Source: an uncultured Gemmatimonadales bacterium
Lineage (GTDB): Bacteria > Gemmatimonadota > Gemmatimonadetes > Gemmatimonadales > GWC2-71-9
Direction: 5' to 3'
Assembly (NCBI GenBank): GCA_963695555.1
Contig: CAVOGR010000005.1
Span: forward strand, 64,001 to 128,000
DNA: 64,000 nucleotides
Positions within the stretch are counted from its first letter, which is position 1. Each line of letters begins with the position of its first letter. Shown here piece by piece: positions 19,605 to 29,428 of this stretch. The position numbers and the translations under genes are program-made. The notes under the pieces are model-generated. The model was given only the letters and a program-made list of their open reading frames with translations, was not told the DNA's origin and searched no databases.

Positions 19605-20188
19605 AGAGCCCTGCCCCGGGATAGAGCCGAACCGTCCATTCTTCGGTCGCACGTTGGTAGGCCGGCCAGATGGGTCCCGATCCCGTCCGGCAGGCTCGGA
19701 GCGAGAACACGATGCTGTCCCCGACGAGCAGGCCCTCGCCCCGCGGCACGACACCGACGCGCACGCGCTCGAGGCGGAAGTGTGCACGCTCCTTGGGATC
19801 AGCGGCGCTATCGGATTCGGGCTCGACAGGCTCATGGTCTCGCGCAATCAAGACCAACACCGGGGAGGAAGTCCGCCGTGGATGATGTGGAGGTCCTGAG
19901 CTGACCCCCACAAAGCCGCGTCCCGCCCCGCCCCGGGCATTGGTTGAGCTCTGGCGCGTTCCGGAGTGCAACGGTAGCAACGGCCCTGCTTCAGACACAG
20001 CATTCTGTCGCGTGTTGCAGCGCGGGAAACTTCCACGCTGCGTCAAGGCGGGCTGGGACCAGCCGGGACCGTTCCCCGCAGTGTCGTAACTCCTGGCGAG
20101 GGCGGCTCGTATGGATAAGGTGAGAGGATCTTTCGAGTTGCCCTGCAATACGCCGTGAGACAGAGCCCGGGAAAGGAGTGTCGGCGGA

Positions 20189-20659
20189 ATGCCTCCATAC
20201 TCTTTGATCATCAACGGCCGGCAGCTGGACGTTGACGCCCCCGCGGAAAAGCCCCTCCTTTGGGTGCTCAGGGAGGATTTCGGACTGAAGGGCACCAAGT
20301 ACGGTTGCGGAGTAGGGATCTGCGGAGCATGCACGGTTCACCTCGACGACGAGCCGATTCGATCCTGCGTGACCCAGATTGCCAGCGTTGCGAATCGCTC
20401 CGTTATTTCAATCGAGGGCCTCTCCCCGGACGGAACGAACCCCTTGCAACTCGCGTGGGTTGAACGGGACGTGTCCCAGTGCGGCTACTGTCAGGCCGGT
20501 CAAATCATGTCTGCCGCAGCGCTGCTCGCCCGCACCCCATCGCCAACGGATGAGGATGTCGACAGGGCCATGTCCGGAAACCTGTGCCGGTGTGGGACCT
20601 ATCGCCGCATTCGGGCGGCCATCCACCAGGCCGCCGAGCTGAAGAGAGAGGAGGGATGA
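20189..20659 (+). CDS. Molybdo-hydroxylase small [2Fe-2S] subunit (IorA/CoxS-like)
   Basis: [34 protein letters not shown]. Confidence 0.93.
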   Translation: MPPYSLIINGRQLDVDAPAEKPLLWVLREDFGLKGTKYGCGVGICGACTVHLDDEPIRSCVTQIASVANRSVISIEGLSPDGTNPLQLAWVERDVSQCGYCQAGQIMSAAALLARTPSPTDEDVDRAMSGNLCRCGTYRRIRAAIHQAAELKREEG

Positions 20660-22857
20660 CAATGGTGACTCGGCGCGAGTTCATCCGCGTGACGGCGGTG
20701 GCAGGAGGTGGTTTCCAGCTGGCCGTGGCACTCCCCGCCCGGCTTTGGCGGATGGCAGGAGCCCTCCCCACTGCCGAGCTCACAGTTTTCGTCCACATCG
20801 GCACCGACGACATCGTCACGATCACCGTGCCCCGACCCGATATGGGCCAAGGTGTTCGGACCTCGCTGCCCATGCTCATCGCCGAAGAGCTGGATGCTGA
20901 CTGGTCCCTAGTCCGTATCGAGCAAGCCGACCTGAACGAAAGCAGGTACGGGAGCCAGTACTCGGGAGGAAGTCACAGCATCTGGGCGAGCTGGGTGCCT
21001 CTGCGGCGGGCTGGTGGCACGGCACGGTGGATGCTGGTCGAGGCGGCTGCGCGCCGGTGGGGCGTGGGAGCCTCGCAGTGCGAGACCGGGCCGGGCGTCG
21101 TGCGCCATCCCCCCAGCGGCCGCACCGCCCGCTACGGCAGTCTCGCGGCTGAAGCAGCGAACCTCCCGGTTCCCGACGATCCACCGCTCAAGGATCCAGC
21201 CGAGTTTCGCATCATCGGTCACGCTACCGGCAACGTAGACGCCCCCGACATAGTGGTCGGGTCGGCCGTCTTCGGGTTGGACGTGGAGCGCCCCGGCATG
21301 CTGCGAGCGGTAGTCGCGCGGTCGCCGGTATTCGGCGGAAGGCTAGTATCGGTCGATCCGTCAGCAGCGCTGGCTGTTCCAGGGGTACGGGACGTTATCG
21401 AGGTGCCCGGAAGTACATTTCGAAGGCCACGCAACGAGCCCCTCGTCCCAGACGGCGTCGCCGTTGTGGCGGACAGCGTATGGGCGGCGCTACAGGGACG
21501 AAAGGCGCTGCGCGCGGAGTGGGAATCCGGCTCAGGATCCGCCGAGAGCACCGAGGCGTTCTGGGCGCGCTGCGAGGAGGCTGCCTCGAGGCCGGACCCA
21601 ACGGTGGTACGACAGGACGGCGACGTCGCAGCTGCCCTGAATGACGCAGCCCGGAGAGTGAAGGCCGTATACCGGCTCCCCTTCCTGGCGCACGCACAGA
21701 TGGAACCGTTGAACTGCGTCGCCGAGGTCTCACGGGCTGGGTGCGAGATCTGGGCGCCAACGCAGAATCCAGCTGGCGCCCGCGAAGTTGCGGCTGCTGT
21801 CACAGGGCTCCCCCCCGACATGATCCAGGTGCACGTGATCCGATCGGGAGGCGGTTTTGGCCGGCGCTTCTACGGCGACTACGTCGCGGAGGCCGTGTTC
21901 TTGTCGAGCGCCGTAGGTGCCCCGGTCCAAGTCGTCTGGACCCGGGAAGACGACATGCGCCATGGCGCCTATCGTCCGGCCGGCTTCTATGCGATTGAGG
22001 GTGGGCTCGACGAGGCGGGGAACATCGTCGCATGGCACGATCATCTGGTGAACGCGAGCCGGGACAGATCTCTAGGGATGTCCCGACCAGAACGATACGC
22101 AGGTCAAATGTATGAGTACGCGTTCCCGATGGGCTTCATCCCAAACGTTCGCCTCGAATACACGGAAGTAGACAGCGTGATACCCCGCGGTCAGTGGCGC
22201 GCGATAGAGGACTCGTCGAATGTCTTCGTCCTCCAGAGCTTCCTTGACGAGCTCGCTCGCGCCGCGGGTCGCGACCCGGTCGAGATGCGCCTGTCCATGC
22301 TGGGCGAGCCGCGCGGCGTACCCTACTGGGGCGGGACCTACGACACGGGCCGCTTGCGTGGCGTGTTGGAGACCGCGGCGGCCGCCGCGGAATGGGGAAG
22401 GCGACCCCCGGAAGGAGTCGGGCGCGGCATTGCCGCGAGCTACGCGAATAACGCGTATGTCGCCCACGTGGTGGACGTCGCGCTCGATGACGTGGGGGAG
22501 GCGCGTGTGCTGCGGGTAGTGTCGGCCGTGGATTGTGGACGAGTCGTCAATCCCAGCGGAGCCGAGGCTCAGGTCGAGGGGTCGATCGTCTTCGGGCTCA
22601 CGGCTGCCCTGTACGGCCGAATTACCGTGGATGGGGGCAGCGTTACGGAGAGCAACTATCACGACTACCCTCTGATGCGGCTCAACGAGACCCCACAATT
22701 CGATATCCACTTTATCGAGTCGCAGGCCGCGCCGTCAGGGATCGGGGAGGGAGCCCTGCCACCCATCGCTCCGGCCCTTACGAACGCCATCTACAATCTG
22801 AGCGGAGTCCGCATCCGTACCCTGCCACTGGCGGGACAGCAGCTCCGCAGAGCGTGA
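20656..22857 (+). CDS. Molybdopterin-binding subunit, isoquinoline 1-oxidoreductase beta-like (IorB), Tat signal
   Basis: TRREFI Tat motif; [38 protein letters not shown]. Confidence 0.92.
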   Translation: MTMVTRREFIRVTAVAGGGFQLAVALPARLWRMAGALPTAELTVFVHIGTDDIVTITVPRPDMGQGVRTSLPMLIAEELDADWSLVRIEQADLNESRYGSQYSGGSHSIWASWVPLRRAGGTARWMLVEAAARRWGVGASQCETGPGVVRHPPSGRTARYGSLAAEAANLPVPDDPPLKDPAEFRIIGHATGNVDAPDIVVGSAVFGLDVERPGMLRAVVARSPVFGGRLVSVDPSAALAVPGVRDVIEVPGSTFRRPRNEPLVPDGVAVVADSVWAALQGRKALRAEWESGSGSAESTEAFWARCEEAASRPDPTVVRQDGDVAAALNDAARRVKAVYRLPFLAHAQMEPLNCVAEVSRAGCEIWAPTQNPAGAREVAAAVTGLPPDMIQVHVIRSGGGFGRRFYGDYVAEAVFLSSAVGAPVQVVWTREDDMRHGAYRPAGFYAIEGGLDEAGNIVAWHDHLVNASRDRSLGMSRPERYAGQMYEYAFPMGFIPNVRLEYTEVDSVIPRGQWRAIEDSSNVFVLQSFLDELARAAGRDPVEMRLSMLGEPRGVPYWGGTYDTGRLRGVLETAAAAAEWGRRPPEGVGRGIAASYANNAYVAHVVDVALDDVGEARVLRVVSAVDCGRVVNPSGAEAQVEGSIVFGLTAALYGRITVDGGSVTESNYHDYPLMRLNETPQFDIHFIESQAAPSGIGEGALPPIAPALTNAIYNLSGVRIRTLPLAGQQLRRA

Positions 22858-23070
22858 GCGGTTGCAGGCGACCATTTGCCCGGAACAGCGACCGAACGGT
22901 GCGACGACATCCTCATTGGCCCGACAGGAGCACGTCATGCGAATTCCCAGGTGCCCGTTCGTGTCCAATCTCCTCGCACCGATGTTCTCGAGCCGCTCTC
23001 CCCGATCAATCGTGATGTCGTGGCGACGGTGCGGAAGCAACGCGCGCCTCATGGCGACGAGTAATCAGAG

Positions 23071-24234
23071 ATGGAGCCCGATATGAAACTCCTGCTGTTC
23101 ATCATTGTCACTATGTGGGCGGCCGTTCACACGACATCGAGCTTTCAAAGAGTCATTGGAGGCCCTGATTTCGACCGGGGAGTCTTTGTCAGCCCTACCA
23201 GCGACGGAGGCTACGTCGCGGTTGGCGTAACCAGAAGTTTCGGCGCGGGTGGCGAAGACATCTACCTGGTCAAGACTGATGCCACAGGGAATGTGCTGTG
23301 GACCCAAGCGTACGGTGGCCCTAAGGAGGACAATGGCTGGTCGGTCCACGAAAGCGCCGGGAGTTTGGTCCTCGCAGGCTTCACCGAGAGCTTTGGCGCG
23401 GGCGGATTCGATTGCTACCTGGTCAAGACGAACGGCGAAGGGGCCATGCAGTGGTCGAAGACGTACGGCGGCGTAGGCAAGGACCGGTGCTGGGGCCTCC
23501 TGCCTACGAGTGACGGAGGCTTTGTCCTCGTCGGGGAGACCACCAGCTCTGGCAGCGGGGCAGAGGACTGCTACTTGATCAAGACCGACGCATCAGGCAC
23601 CGAAGTGTGGTGGAAGACCTACGGTGGTGACAAGAGCGATCGGTGCTTTTCGATCGCCCAGGCGGACGATGGGGGTTTCCTCCTAGCGGGACAGACGTAC
23701 AGTGAGGGCGCCGGAGATCGAGACGTCTATCTCATCAAGACCGACGCATCAGGGATGCAAGAATGGTCGAAGACGTTCGGCGGGGCAGCCTCTGATGTAG
23801 GACACTCGGTGACCCGAACTACCGAGGGCGACTTCGTCGTGACCGGCTACACCACGAGCTTCGCCATCGCTGAGGACGATCCCTACCTCATCAAGATTGA
23901 CGCCACGGGCCACACTCTATGGACGCGTGTGATTCCGATGGAAGGAGTCAACCATACCTTGACAGGAGAGCAGACAACCGACGGTGGGTTCATCCTCGGT
24001 GGATTGGCCGAGTTTCGAGCGACAGGGGGAAGCGGAGCGCTCCTGGTCAAGACCGATGCAGAGGGCAATCTCGAGTGGTCGAGGGACATTTTTCAAACGA
24101 CGACCGGCGGGAGTGTGGGCTATACCGTCCGGGCCACGCCCGATGGGGGCGGCATCCTGACGGGCCACACGACCGAAGGGAGCGCGGGAGATGTGGACCT
24201 CTTCATGGTCAAGGTGGACGGCGAAGGCCAGTGA
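23071..24234 (+). CDS. Secreted repeat protein (probable beta-propeller)
   Basis: Hydrophobic N-terminus; about 7 repeats of T.DGG(Y/F)..AG.T.S......D.YL.KTD..G...W.KTYGG. Confidence 0.85.
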   Translation: MEPDMKLLLFIIVTMWAAVHTTSSFQRVIGGPDFDRGVFVSPTSDGGYVAVGVTRSFGAGGEDIYLVKTDATGNVLWTQAYGGPKEDNGWSVHESAGSLVLAGFTESFGAGGFDCYLVKTNGEGAMQWSKTYGGVGKDRCWGLLPTSDGGFVLVGETTSSGSGAEDCYLIKTDASGTEVWWKTYGGDKSDRCFSIAQADDGGFLLAGQTYSEGAGDRDVYLIKTDASGMQEWSKTFGGAASDVGHSVTRTTEGDFVVTGYTTSFAIAEDDPYLIKIDATGHTLWTRVIPMEGVNHTLTGEQTTDGGFILGGLAEFRATGGSGALLVKTDAEGNLEWSRDIFQTTTGGSVGYTVRATPDGGGILTGHTTEGSAGDVDLFMVKVDGEGQ

Positions 24235-24247
24235 TGAGTAGGCGCCC

Positions 24248-24670
24248 GTGAGAATAGGTGCTGGTCCCGCGGTTCTCCTCGTTGCCTCGACTGCTTGCAG
24301 CAACGCGGCACCTCACGATCCGTGCAACCCCATCGATCCGGTGCTGGCCAAGTCGTCATTTGTCGCCGTCATCGGACCGACGGCAGGTCAGCGGTCCGCG
24401 AGTCCCCTCCAGGTGCGCGGGTGCTCGCGGACCTTCGAATCCAACGTCGTCTGGGAACTCCGATCGCGGGATGGGAGCGTCCTCGCCTCAGGCCACACCT
24501 CTGGCGGCGGAGCCGAGGGAGCGGCGGAGTTCAGGTTCACTGTTTCGTTCACCGTCTCCGCACCGGAGCTTGGTCATCTGGAGGTGTTCGAACCCGACGA
24601 GTCGGACGGTGAGGGCTATCCCGGGGGGCGTTCCACCATTCCCGTCATTCTTCTGCCGAACCCCGAGTAG
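24248..24670 (+). CDS. Lipoprotein with Gmad2-like immunoglobulin domain
   Basis: Lipobox-like STA-C; SPLQVRGCSRTFESNVVWEL...G.LEVFE. Confidence 0.75.
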   Translation: MRIGAGPAVLLVASTACSNAAPHDPCNPIDPVLAKSSFVAVIGPTAGQRSASPLQVRGCSRTFESNVVWELRSRDGSVLASGHTSGGGAEGAAEFRFTVSFTVSAPELGHLEVFEPDESDGEGYPGGRSTIPVILLPNPE

Positions 24671-24825
24671 ACCGCCGCCAGGCATTGGCAGTACGCGCGC
24701 GTGACGGCGGTTCGGCGGGGGCGGTCGACTTGGCTAGGTTGGGCCGCCCTTGCGTAACCCCAGCCACTTCTCACATTCCCCCTCGAAGGCTATTCACCCC
24801 ACTCCCAACTCCCGGTCACGATCCC

Positions 24826-25644
24826 ATGATGCTCCGAGCAGTCAGACCCGGCCAGGCCCCCGCGCTGGATGACGCCGACGCCCAACGGCCCAAAGCCCTG
24901 CCCGATAAGCCGGAGCGGCAGGCCCAGCTCCAGGCGATCCACCAGCGCATGATCGAGCTGCAGCGCCGGCTCTTCGCGGAGCGCAAGCAGGCCCTGCTCG
25001 TGGTGCTCCAGGCCCGCGACGCCGGCGGCAAGGACGGCACCATCCGCCGGGTGTTCGGCACGCTCAACCCGCAGGGATGCCGGGTCACCGGCTACGGCAA
25101 GCCGACCACCCGCGAGCTCCAGCAGGACTACTTGTGGCGAATCCATAGCGAGGTCCCGGGACGCGGCATGATCGGGATCTTCAACCGCTCGCACTACGAG
25201 GACGTGCTGGTGGTTCGGGTGCTGGGCTTGGTGCCCGAGAAGGTCTGGCGGAAGCGCTACGACCAGATCAACGAGTTCGAGCGGATGCTGAGCGAGAACG
25301 ACGTGACCATCCTCAAATTTTTCCTGCACGTCTCCAAGGACGAGCAGCGCCAGCGGCTGCTTCGGCGGCTCAAGGATCCGAAACGGAACTGGAAGTTCAA
25401 TCCCGACGACCTCACCGCGCGGGACGATTGGGACGATTACACCGAGGCCTATCGCGAGGCGTTGGCCACGTGCAGTACCGACTGGGCGCCGTGGTACGTG
25501 GTGCCGGCCGACAGCAAATCCGCCCGCGACCTGCTCGTGGCCGAGGTGGTGGTGGACGCCCTCGAAGGAATGAATCCGGAGTTCCCGCCGGCCGCCGCCG
25601 AGGTGCAGCGCTACGCGTCCGCGCTCGATTCCGCGAAGGGCTAG
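24826..25644 (+). CDS. ppk2: Polyphosphate kinase 2 family (class III-like)
   Basis: QARDAGGKDGTI, FNRSHYEDVL, KFFLHVSKDEQ, WKF...D, APWYVVPAD. Confidence 0.93.
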   Translation: MMLRAVRPGQAPALDDADAQRPKALPDKPERQAQLQAIHQRMIELQRRLFAERKQALLVVLQARDAGGKDGTIRRVFGTLNPQGCRVTGYGKPTTRELQQDYLWRIHSEVPGRGMIGIFNRSHYEDVLVVRVLGLVPEKVWRKRYDQINEFERMLSENDVTILKFFLHVSKDEQRQRLLRRLKDPKRNWKFNPDDLTARDDWDDYTEAYREALATCSTDWAPWYVVPADSKSARDLLVAEVVVDALEGMNPEFPPAAAEVQRYASALDSAKG

Positions 25645-26093
25645 AACACCCCGCTCGGGCCGACGATGATGTAGGTCAGGGAATTGCCGTTCAGGTACCA
25701 CGGGTTGGTGGTACCCAGGTTTCGCTTGACCGAAGCGAGCAACTTGGGGTCGGCCGTCGACATGGTGATCCCGACGAGGAATGCGACTCCGCCCCCACCG
25801 GTCAAATTGTCCCAGTCGAGGGTGTAATCCGGGCCCGCAAAGGTGAAGCCGGGGAGGTAGGGCACGAGCGCCGGTGGCGCCACGCCGGGGCCCACATCCG
25901 GCGGCCACATCTGGTAGTCCGCCCAATAGTTGAACGCCCCAACCCTGACCGCGTGGATTTCGCTCGCGACCTTCACGGCATAGGCCTGGCGCTTCAGGTC
26001 GATGTACTTGAGGATTGCCATACTGCTCAGCAACCCGATGATGATCATCACCATCAGGATTTCGATGAACGTAAAGCCCCGACGTCGCTTCAC
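25641..26093 (-). CDS. Type IV pilin / type II secretion pseudopilin
   Basis: RRG-FTFIEILMVMIIIGLLSSMAI prepilin cleavage motif. Confidence 0.9.
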   Translation of the reverse strand: MKRRRGFTFIEILMVMIIIGLLSSMAILKYIDLKRQAYAVKVASEIHAVRVGAFNYWADYQMWPPDVGPGVAPPALVPYLPGFTFAGPDYTLDWDNLTGGGGVAFLVGITMSTADPKLLASVKRNLGTTNPWYLNGNSLTYIIVGPSGVF

Positions 26094-26605
26094 GACCTAC
26101 CTCGCGCGGCCAGGACCTCGAAACTGTCACCCAGAAAGTCGCGGAAGACGTCGGTCGAGCCCAACGTGAGTTCCACCGAGCCAGTGGTCCCGTGGAGTGC
26201 AAATGCGTTGCCATCGAGCGGCTCGAGCCAGGTGCCCTCAGCCGCGGCGTGTGCCTCACTCAACGTTGCTGGCAATCGTCCGTATTGCGCCACGAATGAC
26301 TCGACTCGCATCGCCTGGGTGTACATGACGACCCGCAGATTGGCTTCCTGAACTGCCGGAGTGTCCGGCGGCAAGGGAGGAGCCTGGAGCCAAGCGGGGC
26401 GCGTGAGAACGGCATAGAGCGAGAAGGCCACCGTCAGCGCAAAGACCCCGGGCAAGAGTCGCTGGCGGCGACGATGCTTCGGTTCGCGGTTGCGGCTCCG
26501 CTGCAGCTCGGCTTCTGAAGCGAGCGCGTTCTGGGCAGCATCGAGCAAAGCCTGCTTGGTGTCCATGGCGCGTCGGCCGTATCCGTTTCGCCGTTCATCA
26601 GACAT
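26090..26605 (-). CDS. Single-pass membrane protein, possible pilin-like C-terminus
   Basis: TM LLPGVFALTVAFSLYAVL; ESFVAQYGRLPATLSEA; 4-bp overlap with the pilin gene. Confidence 0.65.
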   Translation of the reverse strand: MSDERRNGYGRRAMDTKQALLDAAQNALASEAELQRSRNREPKHRRRQRLLPGVFALTVAFSLYAVLTRPAWLQAPPLPPDTPAVQEANLRVVMYTQAMRVESFVAQYGRLPATLSEAHAAAEGTWLEPLDGNAFALHGTTGSVELTLGSTDVFRDFLGDSFEVLAARGRS

Positions 26606-26787
26606 GCAGGGGCGTCTCCCTTGCGGTTCACCGGCCCAATGTAGGGCCCAAGGGGTCGGCGGGGGCAGGAGGTATGCCAGGCCTCCGTGGACCGAATGCC
26701 TGAGTATGGGGCTCCCCGGTGGCCGGTCCAGGTCTCCTGGCGCCCAATACCTGGCAATCTGCCACAACCCCGGGCGCGGTACGCGCC

Positions 26788-27165
26788 CTAGGCGTCGAGC
26801 CGCTCGCCCGCGAGAACTCGGGCGACTTGCTCCGGGAACTCGCGGACGCTGATCGGCTTGGTAATGTAGCCGTCGAACCCAGCAGCCAGCGCCCGCTCGC
26901 GATCACCGGCCATGGCGTGCGCGGTGAGGGCGATGACCCGTGTGGCCGCATGGGCCGAGTTGCGGATATCCCCGAGAAGGGCGTAGCCATCGCGCTCGGG
27001 GAGCTGAATGTCCATGAGGACCAAGTCCGGACCCTCCCGCTCCAAGGCCTCCATGAGTCCCTCGCCGTTCTCGAGGCCCGTCAGCGCATGGCCCTTGAGC
27101 CGGAGCAGGGTCTGGATGAGCTTCATGTTGTCGGGGTTGTCTTCCACGATTACAATCGTCGCCAT
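26788..27165 (-). CDS. Single-domain response regulator (CheY/DivK-like)
   Basis: IVIVEDN, LVLMDIQLP, IALTAHAM.GD, GFDGYITKP. Confidence 0.92.
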   Translation of the reverse strand: MATIVIVEDNPDNMKLIQTLLRLKGHALTGLENGEGLMEALEREGPDLVLMDIQLPERDGYALLGDIRNSAHAATRVIALTAHAMAGDRERALAAGFDGYITKPISVREFPEQVARVLAGERLDA

Positions 27166-27249
27166 CAGGAATGCTCCCTCGCTGTGTGCGCCTGAGCCCG
27201 TGCGCCAACAATATGCTAAAACCGCGCCAAACGCATCTCCCTGCCCGCG

Positions 27250-27278
27250 TTGAGAAAGCATTGTCCACCACGTAGAAT
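27250..27278 (+). promoter_or_regulatory. Sigma70-like promoter of the tyrA-aroA-cmk operon
   Basis: TTGAGA-N17-TAGAAT. Confidence 0.55.
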
Positions 27279-27323
27279 TCGCTGCTAACCGCCATCCTTC
27301 CGTCCCGACCGGCGAGTCCTCTG

Positions 27324-28154
27324 GTGCGTCCAGCTACGTTGGCAGTCATCGGCCTCGAGGCGATCGGCGTTTCGCTCGCCCGGCAGGCCCGCCGCGCGGG
27401 GGTTCCCCGGGTAATAGGGTATTCACCGATACCGGCGACGGCGGTGCGCGCGCTCAAAGCCGAGGCCATTTCAGATATGGCCCTCTCGCCGGAACAGGTG
27501 GTCCGCGACGCCAATCTCATCGTGATTGCAGCCCGATCGAGCGACACGATTCGCCTCGTCGCGTCACTCGCGGCCCACGCTCCGTCCGACGCCTTTCTGA
27601 CCGATGTCGCGAGCGTCAAGGCCCCCGTCTGCCGAGCGGCGACCGGCCACGGGCTCACCGAGCGGTTTGCCGGGTCGCATCCGCTGCCGCGAGCCGGTGA
27701 GCACGCGACCGATCTCTTTCGCCACGCCGTGGTGTACGTGTGCCCCACGGATCCAGTGCGGGGAGAGCCGGCGGCTCGGCAGATCATGCACTTCTGGTCC
27801 GAGGTGATGGAGGCGGCGCCAGTCTTGATCGAGGCCGAACGCCATGACCAGCAGATCGCCTGGACCCGCCACCTGCCGCAGGCCGTCTCCAGCGTCCTCG
27901 CCAAGACGCTGGCGGAGCGTTGCCTGGGTGGTATCTCGTTCGGGTCCGGCGCGCGGGACGCGACGCGCCTTGCCGCGAGCAGCCCGGAGGAATGGGCCGA
28001 TCTCCTCATGGAGAACGCCGAGCCGGTGCTGGAAGCGCTGGCCGAGACCGAACACGAGCTTGCCGGTCTCAAGGCGCTGCTCGAGGCGCGCGATGCGGGA
28101 AAGCTTCGGGACTATCTCCAACGCGCGGCCGATTTCCGGCGCGGTCTCGCCTGA
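27324..28154 (+). CDS. tyrA: Prephenate dehydrogenase
   Basis: TDVASVK, GSHPL, HDQQIAWTRHLPQ, G.GARDATRLA.S.P..W; position before aroA-cmk. Confidence 0.85.
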   Translation: MRPATLAVIGLEAIGVSLARQARRAGVPRVIGYSPIPATAVRALKAEAISDMALSPEQVVRDANLIVIAARSSDTIRLVASLAAHAPSDAFLTDVASVKAPVCRAATGHGLTERFAGSHPLPRAGEHATDLFRHAVVYVCPTDPVRGEPAARQIMHFWSEVMEAAPVLIEAERHDQQIAWTRHLPQAVSSVLAKTLAERCLGGISFGSGARDATRLAASSPEEWADLLMENAEPVLEALAETEHELAGLKALLEARDAGKLRDYLQRAADFRRGLA

Positions 28155-29428
28155 TGAGAGTCTGTGGACGGGTGCAGGTCCCAGGTGACAAGAGTATCAC
28201 CCACCGGGCGCTGCTCTTGGCCGCCCTCGCGCGCGGAACGAGCAGCATTACCGGCGCCCTCACCTCGCATGACGCGCGCTCGACCGCGGCCGTGCTCCGG
28301 AGGCTCGGCGTCGGCGTCTCGCCGCTCAGGGCCGGCGCCCGGACCCTGGTCCACGGATGGGGACGATTACGCGAGGCCGATCGCCCGCTCGACTGTGGCA
28401 ACTCGGGCACCACGGCGCGCCTCCTGCTCGGCGTCCTTGCGGCGCACGCGTTTCGAGCAACCCTGACCGGCGACCGCTCGCTCCGAGCCCGGCCGATGCG
28501 CCGGGTGACGGCCCCCCTCACGCAAATGGGGGCCAGGTTCAGCGAGCAGAACGGCGACGGATTGCCGCTCACGGTCGAAGGCGGCCCACTGGCCCCTCTT
28601 ACCTATCGATTACCGGTGTCCAGCGCGCAGGTCAAAGGGGCGTTACTCTTGGCCGGCCTGGCGGGAGGCGTGGCGGTCGAACTGGTCGAGCCCAACGGGC
28701 GCTCGCGCGACCATACCGAGCGCCTGCTCCGCGGGCTCGGCTTTGCCGTCGGCCACGACGGCGACGCGATCCGGTTCGATCCGGCGGGCCGTGTCGAGCC
28801 ATTCGACCTGTTCGTTCCCGGAGACTTCTCCTCCGCAGCCTTTCTCATGGGGGCGGCACTCCTGGCGGAAAGTGGCGAGCTGACGCTCGATGGGGTGGGT
28901 CTCAACCCGACGCGGACCGGCTTTTTGGACGTGGTCCGTCGGATGGGAGGGAGGATGGAGTCGCTCGGTGCGACCGAGGCGCTCGGCGAGCCGCTCGGAA
29001 CACTCGTGGTGCACCCATCTCGGTTGCGCGCGACCGAGGTCGTCGCGACAGAGATCCCAGGCTTGATCGACGAAGTGCCCATGCTGGCGGTCTTGGCCGT
29101 GCGGGCGGAAGGGACGTCGGTATTTCGTGAAGTCGGAGAGCTCAGAGTCAAGGAGAGCAATCGCTTGGAACTGGTGGCGGAGAATCTGAGGGCGGTCGGC
29201 ATGGAGGCCGAGGTGTCGGGCGACGACCTCCACGTGACCGGGCGAGATGCACCGCCCGTGGGGCGGGTCCGGACCGCCGGCGACCACCGGCTCGCGATGG
29301 CCTTTGCCGTGCTTCGGACCCTCCCGGGCGCGCGCGTGGACATCGACGATCTCCGATCGGCCGACGTCAGCTTCCCGCACTTCGCAGATGTGCTCGCTTC
29401 CATTACCGGGGACGGCGCACATGGGTAG
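28154..29428 (+). CDS. aroA: 3-phosphoshikimate 1-carboxyvinyltransferase
   Basis: PGDKSITHR, DCGNSGTT, SSAQVK, RDHTER, ELRVKESNR, DHRLAM. Confidence 0.97.
   Translation: MRVCGRVQVPGDKSITHRALLLAALARGTSSITGALTSHDARSTAAVLRRLGVGVSPLRAGARTLVHGWGRLREADRPLDCGNSGTTARLLLGVLAAHAFRATLTGDRSLRARPMRRVTAPLTQMGARFSEQNGDGLPLTVEGGPLAPLTYRLPVSSAQVKGALLLAGLAGGVAVELVEPNGRSRDHTERLLRGLGFAVGHDGDAIRFDPAGRVEPFDLFVPGDFSSAAFLMGAALLAESGELTLDGVGLNPTRTGFLDVVRRMGGRMESLGATEALGEPLGTLVVHPSRLRATEVVATEIPGLIDEVPMLAVLAVRAEGTSVFREVGELRVKESNRLELVAENLRAVGMEAEVSGDDLHVTGRDAPPVGRVRTAGDHRLAMAFAVLRTLPGARVDIDDLRSADVSFPHFADVLASITGDGAHG

Larger units (their letters stand above)
9231..19948. mobile_element. tRNA-Leu-integrated genomic island bounded by 22-bp direct repeats; no integrase seen
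   Basis: CCCGCCCCGGGCATTGGTTGAG at 9231-9252 and 19927-19948. Confidence 0.8.

Noticed and set aside
20040..20188. Moco riboswitch upstream of the molybdoenzyme genes
   Set aside because: Only GGAAAGGAG at the RBS matches; the GCCTCCC/AGGG core and GAAA-tetraloop stem were not found
22858..23070. Small ORFs between iorB-like and propeller genes
   Set aside because: No recognisable motifs, RBS or codon bias in any frame
24672..24688. Third degenerate att copy (…CCAGGCATTGG)
   Set aside because: Only about 8 contiguous matches in GC-rich DNA; compatible with chance
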